From: a virus
IMG/VR virus record: IMGVR_UViG_3300032093_000012
Span: 64,001-128,000 of that record
Direction: 5' to 3' (one strand)
DNA length: 64,000 bases
Below are positions 57,824-64,000 of the stretch, in pieces; position 1 is the stretch's first letter, and every line of letters starts with the position of its first letter. Below the pieces are notes generated by a model. The model did no database searches. It worked only from the letters and a program-made list of their open reading frames with translations, and was not told where the DNA came from. The position numbers were made by a program, and so were the translations under genes.

Positions 57824-58663
57824 TTACTTCTTAAGTTGATCAGAATCGGCAGTTGCAGAAGCACCAATAGATGCAAGATCTGCGAGTGAACCACCGAAGA
57901 TATATGTTCCAACATGCTGGAGCTGCATCCACGGGCAAAGCCATGTACGAAGGTTTGCTTCTTGAAGCTTCTGACAGAACCAATAATCTTCAGAGAGATA
58001 ACGTTCAGACTTAGGATCTACTTCAGCTTGGAAGTACATCATGATCTTACGAGAACCATCGAAATGCTTTGTTCTAACATGATCCGGCTTATAAAGATAC
58101 TGCGGGAACTTTTCATTGAAGGCTTCAAACGTCTTACGACGAATCATCATGAAGCCGGTGCCAATTTCTAGAACTTCTGCAGGTTCACCAATCGGAATAG
58201 CACCAGTGCCACTCTTAGGATTAAAGACGTAGTCACCAACAAACTTTTCTAGTACGCTAGGATCCTTGTCAGCAACACCCTTATCGACAGCGTGCTTAAT
58301 CTTTTCCCATGAGATACACTTCTTAGGATATGGACCACCAATGACGTCATAGTCTTCGTTTTGGATCTGCAGAGCAAGAAGTGCAATAACATCCTGCGGG
58401 TTGAATCCAATATCGGAGTCGATAAACAACATGTGAGTTGCATCTGAGCGCATGAACTCATCACAGCAATAATTTCTTGCTCGTGTAATCAACGATTCAT
58501 TAAACAAGAAATACATTTGCAAAGGAATACCATGATGTGTGCATAGAGCAGAGAGATCTGCGATGCTACGTGCAAACATACCAGCACACTGGCCACCATA
58601 CATAGGTGTAGCTACAAATAGCTTGCACTTTCTAAGTTCGTCGGTGTTAATCTTAATTTCCAT
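57824..58663 (-). CDS. GT-A fold glycosyltransferase-like protein
   Basis: FVATPMYGG, ESLITRARN, FIDSDI (DxD), GTGFM, YLSEDYWFC. Confidence 0.75.
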   Translation of the reverse strand: MEIKINTDELRKCKLFVATPMYGGQCAGMFARSIADLSALCTHHGIPLQMYFLFNESLITRARNYCCDEFMRSDATHMLFIDSDIGFNPQDVIALLALQIQNEDYDVIGGPYPKKCISWEKIKHAVDKGVADKDPSVLEKFVGDYVFNPKSGTGAIPIGEPAEVLEIGTGFMMIRRKTFEAFNEKFPQYLYKPDHVRTKHFDGSRKIMMYFQAEVDPKSERYLSEDYWFCQKLQEANLRTWLCPWMQLQHVGTYIFGGSLADLASIGASATADSDQLKK

Positions 58664-58946
58664 TATTATTCTCCTTATCATGAATATAAAGTGCAAGAAT
58701 ACCGTAATGAAGGATCTTCAAAAGATCCTGTCTATTCCTACCGTTTTTCTTACCATATCTGGCTGCATACTTAATAATATCACCGATGGTGAACCCAACA
58801 CCGTGACCTGCAGAAGCAATTAGTTCAAACGCTTGAATATTATCAGGTCCGACATAATGCTTAGTATATGTATCAGCGATGTACTGATACAATTCATTAA
58901 TTAGTTCTGGTTCATTAAATTTATAATTTGCTGACATTTTATCCAT
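58653..58946 (-). CDS. DUF3310-like conserved phage protein
   Basis: HY...GF.IG.IIKYAARYGKK.G....DLLKI.HY. Confidence 0.7.
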   Translation of the reverse strand: MDKMSANYKFNEPELINELYQYIADTYTKHYVGPDNIQAFELIASAGHGVGFTIGDIIKYAARYGKKNGRNRQDLLKILHYGILALYIHDKENNNGN

Positions 58947-60145
58947 TACATAAAATACTCCACCAGTGTACTAGTTTTTGTGCTAATAATTTCATTGGTA
59001 CGATCATGATTATATTGATAAACCATAAAATTGTCAACATAATCTCTTTCACCATTCAATACTGCTTTAACTTCTGTTGCCATATCAGTTGCAGTCTTAA
59101 CAGGAACGTTCTGACATATGTGATTATAACTTACCGATGGCTTAAGAAGCTCATAGTCTTCTGGCATTCCCATGATACTGAGAGCTTCTCTGTAAGTAAT
59201 GTATCTATCTTCATATGGATGTGTGAGCATCTTAGGATAGTGACCAACGAAAGCACCAATATGATCTTTTGGAACGATAGTGCCGCGCCTCATGATGTTA
59301 CCACCAGAGGCAAGTTTTTCGTGCATACGTTTACATTTTTCAACTTCTTTCTCATAACCTTGTTTCTGCATCCATTCACCAACCTGTACGTATGAATGGT
59401 TATGATGTTCAATCAATGATTTAGCATCAAAATATCTAACAGCGATATCTCTTAGATCAAGAAGATCAAAGTGTTCACGATGAGTAACTCCACCATGAAT
59501 GACTTCTAGCAGATAACGATAGTAAGGATCATTGCTTGGCGTGTTTTTATTAATTGGCTCCATCATAGTATTTGATTTTACGCCAGTGATGACATCTTCA
59601 ATCTTTTCATATTCACGACTATAGAAGTTAAGGAGAGGTGTCTTATTACCACGCCAGAAGAAATAGAATGTGCGTTCTCTAACCTGAGGAACACCATGAA
59701 GCAAACTCTTAGTACGATAAAGAGTCATAGTGTAACCGTTCTCTTTACCAATCTGTTGAAGTTGTTCTCTAATTGGCTTACCTACTTTACCAGCAAGAGC
59801 TGGTGCATTCTCACCCCAAAATACTTTTGGCTTAACTTCACCAAGAACATATTTTGCTGTTTCAATCATCCATTTATTATTAGGATTATGTTCACCATAT
59901 CCTAATGAAAACATAGAAAGACCTGCGCAAGGACATACACTAGAAACAATATCAACTTCATGAGGATGGCGTTGACCCTCATCAAGAAGATAGTATGGAA
60001 CTTCGTGGTTCCAATAATTTAGAAGGTGTGATTCGTTATCTTTGAATGCGCTATATGAAAGGATATAGTCTGGTCGACTTCCAAACACATTAGTCGAAGC
60101 AATTGCTTCTCCGCCAATAAGCGGGATAATCGTCGCATGTCTCAT
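58946..60145 (-). CDS. Divergent C5 DNA cytosine methyltransferase-like protein
   Basis: PLIGG (motif I variant), CPCAGLS (IV), ENAP (VI), PQVRERTF (VIII), HP.EDR..T.RE (IX), QNVP (X). Confidence 0.75.
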   Translation of the reverse strand: MRHATIIPLIGGEAIASTNVFGSRPDYILSYSAFKDNESHLLNYWNHEVPYYLLDEGQRHPHEVDIVSSVCPCAGLSMFSLGYGEHNPNNKWMIETAKYVLGEVKPKVFWGENAPALAGKVGKPIREQLQQIGKENGYTMTLYRTKSLLHGVPQVRERTFYFFWRGNKTPLLNFYSREYEKIEDVITGVKSNTMMEPINKNTPSNDPYYRYLLEVIHGGVTHREHFDLLDLRDIAVRYFDAKSLIEHHNHSYVQVGEWMQKQGYEKEVEKCKRMHEKLASGGNIMRRGTIVPKDHIGAFVGHYPKMLTHPYEDRYITYREALSIMGMPEDYELLKPSVSYNHICQNVPVKTATDMATEVKAVLNGERDYVDNFMVYQYNHDRTNEIISTKTSTLVEYFM

Positions 60146-61233
60146 ATAAAACTCTCAAGGCTGGCATGATGTACTTTAACTGGTTTATTTATAGGAGGAT
60201 TAAGCCCGTTCCACTCCCAACCTTGCCAATGTGGATAAAATTCTCGAGAAAGATGAACTGATTGCGGCTTTTCCATGTACTTAAAATCAAGTTCACCATG
60301 TTCGTTAATGAGACCGTCAACCCATTCAAATACACGAAGAGAAGAGCATTCATACTTCTTTAGTTCTTCTTTGAAGAGTCTACGAATATTATCACGTTCA
60401 ACACGAGATCCATAGAATGGTGTTTTCTCATACCAACCAGTCTTTGGAATATGACGCTTCTCATTTTCGATAGGAAGAAGTTCATAGAGAGTAACGGTGG
60501 AATTATACATCTCTGCAACGCCAAGCGCTTGACGAGTATATTCTCTAACGAGTTCTTTAGTTGCTGCTACAGGATCTGGTTGACGTAGAAGATGATGACG
60601 AACATCAATATTGCCGAAATAAAATTCTACATTTTCAAAATCATGATCGCATGGTTTAATGAAAGTATGAAGGCCCATCTTCAACGCGCCATGTAGAGTC
60701 TTAAATGGCATTGAATAATTTATCCATTCGGGGCGATACATACAAATAGCATGACTATCCCCAATTGCAATATTTGGGTATACTTTCAATAAGTTTGGTG
60801 TAATAGTCTCAGCTTCATTCTGCATGCGAATGATGTTGTTCCAATCAACTTGATTCCATCGAGGATCAATAGGTTTATTCTTGCTATTAGCTAGATCAAC
60901 TTTATGTTTTAGTTGTTCATAATAATCAGGAAAATCAATTATTAACGAATAGACTTTACCCTTGAACTTAGAGAAGTTTAAGAAGTTATCTACGTGTGGA
61001 AATTCTTTCAATCCACCAAACAAGTTAAGATGACCTGACCAATCGTTGCCATGATACACATACATGGTATCAAACGTGTTATGATCTTCTACATAACGAT
61101 CAAGTGACATATTAACGTATAGATCGATACCAGCTTGTTTAAGCTGATCAGCATAAATCACACCCTGCGCAGCACGATGTGAAGAAAGATTCTTAGCAAT
61201 AGGAATGAAAGGAGCTGTTAAAACTGCTGTCAT
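60142..61233 (-). CDS. Conserved hypothetical protein of the modification cluster (C-terminal SGNH-like motifs)
   Basis: IGDSH, YFGNIDVRHH, SVHL. Confidence 0.6.
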   Translation of the reverse strand: MTAVLTAPFIPIAKNLSSHRAAQGVIYADQLKQAGIDLYVNMSLDRYVEDHNTFDTMYVYHGNDWSGHLNLFGGLKEFPHVDNFLNFSKFKGKVYSLIIDFPDYYEQLKHKVDLANSKNKPIDPRWNQVDWNNIIRMQNEAETITPNLLKVYPNIAIGDSHAICMYRPEWINYSMPFKTLHGALKMGLHTFIKPCDHDFENVEFYFGNIDVRHHLLRQPDPVAATKELVREYTRQALGVAEMYNSTVTLYELLPIENEKRHIPKTGWYEKTPFYGSRVERDNIRRLFKEELKKYECSSLRVFEWVDGLINEHGELDFKYMEKPQSVHLSREFYPHWQGWEWNGLNPPINKPVKVHHASLESFI

Positions 61234-62099
61234 AGATTTTTATCCCAATCTTTATAAGATTTTACAGTATCATAGAGACTCAAATTTGTCAACTGTGGCT
61301 CAGTACCAACATTCCACATCAATATATTTCTTCCAGTATTCTTAGGAATATACTTCCACACTTTAGCATCATAAGATTTTACCGTAGGAAATGGTGGCAA
61401 TTCAGTTTCTTCTTGTGCAAATTCTAGAGGTTCTGATATGACTCTTGCTCTGCCAAGTTCACCTTGTTTAAGGTTACGAGCTACAGCAACACAGTTAAAC
61501 TTTGCATTTGGCCATGCGATCTGCAAGGCTCGAGAAAGTACACCAGTAGAGATTGCTACATAGACTTCTTCCGGTTCAGGAATCTTTGAAGCAGCATGTA
61601 CAATTCCTGCGGTAGCTAGTTCATGTTTCAATCCAAGTGGTACGAAAAAAGCATTGTTCTTATCGGCCCACTCTTTAGCTTTCATGTTTAAGATTGGCAT
61701 AGCCGCAATACGCTCGAACATAGGTACAGCACCTTGTTCAATGCAGCATGCTTGATGTAATGATATGCGCTTAGATGCTGGCATAAACAAAACTATCTTC
61801 TTATTATGATGCTTTGCAACATCAAGCAAAGAAACTCCAGCCAAACCAACTCGTGGTTGTGAATAAACGATAGTATCATTATTTAATTTTGAAGCAAGAA
61901 GATCACCTGCCCTAGTTTTTGTGCCAACGATTAGATCGTCACGCACTACTCTGACACCTTCATGATCGATTACTACAGGATCCGGGTTATATGGAATCCA
62001 CCCTTCTGCCAAAGAAAGATAGTATTCTTTAGCAGCTTCGTATCCAAAGACTCCTACGTCTTTATTGATACCATCAATTACGTGTTTATTATGACTCAT
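61230..62099 (-). CDS. PLP-dependent fold-type II (PALP-like) enzyme
   Basis: VVRDDL..GTK.R lysine motif; VAISTG; YDAK.W; WNVG. Confidence 0.7.
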   Translation of the reverse strand: MSHNKHVIDGINKDVGVFGYEAAKEYYLSLAEGWIPYNPDPVVIDHEGVRVVRDDLIVGTKTRAGDLLASKLNNDTIVYSQPRVGLAGVSLLDVAKHHNKKIVLFMPASKRISLHQACCIEQGAVPMFERIAAMPILNMKAKEWADKNNAFFVPLGLKHELATAGIVHAASKIPEPEEVYVAISTGVLSRALQIAWPNAKFNCVAVARNLKQGELGRARVISEPLEFAQEETELPPFPTVKSYDAKVWKYIPKNTGRNILMWNVGTEPQLTNLSLYDTVKSYKDWDKNL

Positions 62100-63078
62100 A
62101 TGTGTTTGTCTTCAATGACCAGTTTTTAGGATACACCCAATCATATGGGATCTGTTTAGTAGTTTGTTTGATAGCATTTCTAATAGCTATATGCTTGTAG
62201 AAGAAACAAAGTTTATCTTCCAAGTTTAGAAACTTTTGATGTTTAATAGGATTACTAGGATGTTCATAGAGATATAGCATCTTATCATAGAAAGATTGAC
62301 CAGCATTATTTGTTGGCACATATCTTCCATCGTCTGCAATCTCATATTTTGCTTTACTCATATACTGTGGACAATCAAACACTTGGCTGAGACCATCAAA
62401 AAATCCCGTACCACCATGTAAGAAACTTTCAGGATCAACCCAGCTTGGATGACTCATGGCAACGTGTCGAGCAGCATTTTTAGATGGATACATTGCATTT
62501 CTAAAACCATATTCATCAACGAATATTTGATTTAGCTTCTTAGCAAACTCCATCATAGTATACTTGCTTTTAACATTAAAGATTTTCATCGAATGCTTCT
62601 GCGCAAAGTCTTTTGGTACTTCACACAACCACTCTTTAACATTTGTATCTTTTGGATAATATATCTGAAATAGATCGCTGCGCGCATGTCTTTCTGTTAA
62701 AAATCTTTCTCTCATGGCATCAGATCCGCCTTTACGCCATGCTCTAAATGTTTGCCAGTGTTCATTAGTAAATGAGAATACCAAGCAAGCTTCTAGAACA
62801 GTCGTTGGATCATTTATTAGTTTAACTTCATCAACAAATGGACATTCATCCCAATGTAAGCGGTGTGAGAACTGCTGATAATTATCTCTAAGAAGTGAGT
62901 CTTCTCTCTTATCATAAGCATTGCAAAACTCAAAGAACTTTTCTGTACGTTCTTCTTGAGACCATTTCCACATCCAACTACGAACTGGTTTACCAGCATC
63001 ATCTAAATCAACTTCAGCAAGATTCTCGTACTTAATATCATGAGTACGATCTGTCATGAATTCAGCTAACGAGTTCAT
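62089..63078 (-). CDS. Putative amino acid:DNA transferase-like (aGPT-Pplase) protein
   Basis: FFEFC..YDKRED...YQQF; GGTG..DGL; LEDKLCFFYK resemble the HhH-fold family pattern (recognised by eye). Confidence 0.5.
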   Translation of the reverse strand: MNSLAEFMTDRTHDIKYENLAEVDLDDAGKPVRSWMWKWSQEERTEKFFEFCNAYDKREDSLLRDNYQQFSHRLHWDECPFVDEVKLINDPTTVLEACLVFSFTNEHWQTFRAWRKGGSDAMRERFLTERHARSDLFQIYYPKDTNVKEWLCEVPKDFAQKHSMKIFNVKSKYTMMEFAKKLNQIFVDEYGFRNAMYPSKNAARHVAMSHPSWVDPESFLHGGTGFFDGLSQVFDCPQYMSKAKYEIADDGRYVPTNNAGQSFYDKMLYLYEHPSNPIKHQKFLNLEDKLCFFYKHIAIRNAIKQTTKQIPYDWVYPKNWSLKTNTYES

Positions 63079-64000
63079 ACTCTCTTACCTTCTGTTTATA
63101 TTCTTTAACACTCATACTATGCATATCTAAAACAAAACTGTCTGCTGGATGGTGATTAATTCTATTAAAAGAATCAACAAGACCAAGTGTTAACATTGAT
63201 TTCTGACGACCAAAAGGATGATCTTTTATTCGACACGAAGACCAGATGGCATCACGATCTAGATGATCGTAATCTGCACCTGGCTTTATATAATTTTCAA
63301 CCCAACGAATAAAGTCACAACAAACGTCTTCTGCATTGTATGGATAAGCACCGGTGTCTTCATAGATTTTATCCATTACTGCATCTAAGAACTGTTCTTG
63401 TTTTAGTTTCTTGGTATTCACTGCAAGATAAGAGATACATTCTACAGCATTTGATCCATAATAGAAAGGACTTTCTTTATTAACATATTGTGGATACCAG
63501 TCAGCAATATCTGCAACTACAGCAGCATACTGAAAATGATACTGTTTAAGACCATTTGCTACGTTCCACTTCAACATGAAGTCGCCGATTTCACGCAGAT
63601 CTTTTCTTGCATTACTCTTTTCTAAGAATTCTGCTAAGTCTCTTGCAAGTCTAGGAGCAAACTCTGTAAGATAGTAGTCACCTGCTCTTTTATAACCAAC
63701 TGGAGGTTTAGGAAACTGAGGAAACTGATATCCAACAGAAGTATAAAAAGATGTAGGATAGTTATTCACCATCTTAGTCATCTCTTCAATAGTCTTACAG
63801 TTATATAAGTTAAATAAAATGGTATTGTGATAACCAGAAGGTTTAAAGGAATAATTAATACCAGATCCACACACTCTATGTAAAATGAATATGTAAAGCC
63901 ATTCAGCTAATTTAAAGTCTGCGTGTTTTCCAGTCCAATCTTTGGCTACCACTTCACGTTGACGCGTATAGAATCCTTGTTCCATCTTGTGCCAATATGG
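63062..64000 (-). CDS. Putative amino acid:DNA transferase-like paralog (5' end beyond the window)
   Basis: FQYAAVVADIA, GSNAVECI, AEDVCCDFIRW; frame remains open to 64000. Confidence 0.5.
   Translation of the reverse strand, partial: PYWHKMEQGFYTRQREVVAKDWTGKHADFKLAEWLYIFILHRVCGSGINYSFKPSGYHNTILFNLYNCKTIEEMTKMVNNYPTSFYTSVGYQFPQFPKPPVGYKRAGDYYLTEFAPRLARDLAEFLEKSNARKDLREIGDFMLKWNVANGLKQYHFQYAAVVADIADWYPQYVNKESPFYYGSNAVECISYLAVNTKKLKQEQFLDAVMDKIYEDTGAYPYNAEDVCCDFIRWVENYIKPGADYDHLDRDAIWSSCRIKDHPFGRQKSMLTLGLVDSFNRINHHPADSFVLDMHSMSVKEYKQKVREYELVS

Overview
This is a 64 kb segment of a large T4-like (Tevenvirinae-like) myophage genome using the standard genetic code. Core genes include nrdA (truncated), thyX, primase gp61, helicase gp41, uvsX, polymerase gp43, regA and gp62/44/45. 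There are T4-type late promoters (TATAAATA), a GH19 endolysin, a holin-like gene and a spanin pair. The host is probably an alphaproteobacterium of the Rhizobiales type: the window has an Omp25/RopB-like porin, a DUF1127 protein, a ROSE-like thermometer on hsp20, and a tRNA-His with A73 and no G-1. Accessory content is rich. (1) A late operon encodes CsgF, CsgG, curlin, FecR, a small curlin-like protein and a CHASE2 adenylate cyclase. (2) About 24 tRNA genes cover all 20 amino acids and are interleaved with several unannotated structured RNAs. (3) Most striking is an array of five stem-closed RNA cassettes directly upstream of a Ro60/TROVE-like DUF2828-vWA gene. Two of these cassettes are circularly permuted tRNA mimics like YrlA Y RNAs. 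(4) A tRNA is nested inside a split tRNA. (5) A GC-richer early region has repeated TGTACA promoters around a repeat-rich strand-switch point. (6) A probable DNA hypermodification cluster lies at the right end. All calls come from reading motifs by eye; no searches or folding programs were run.
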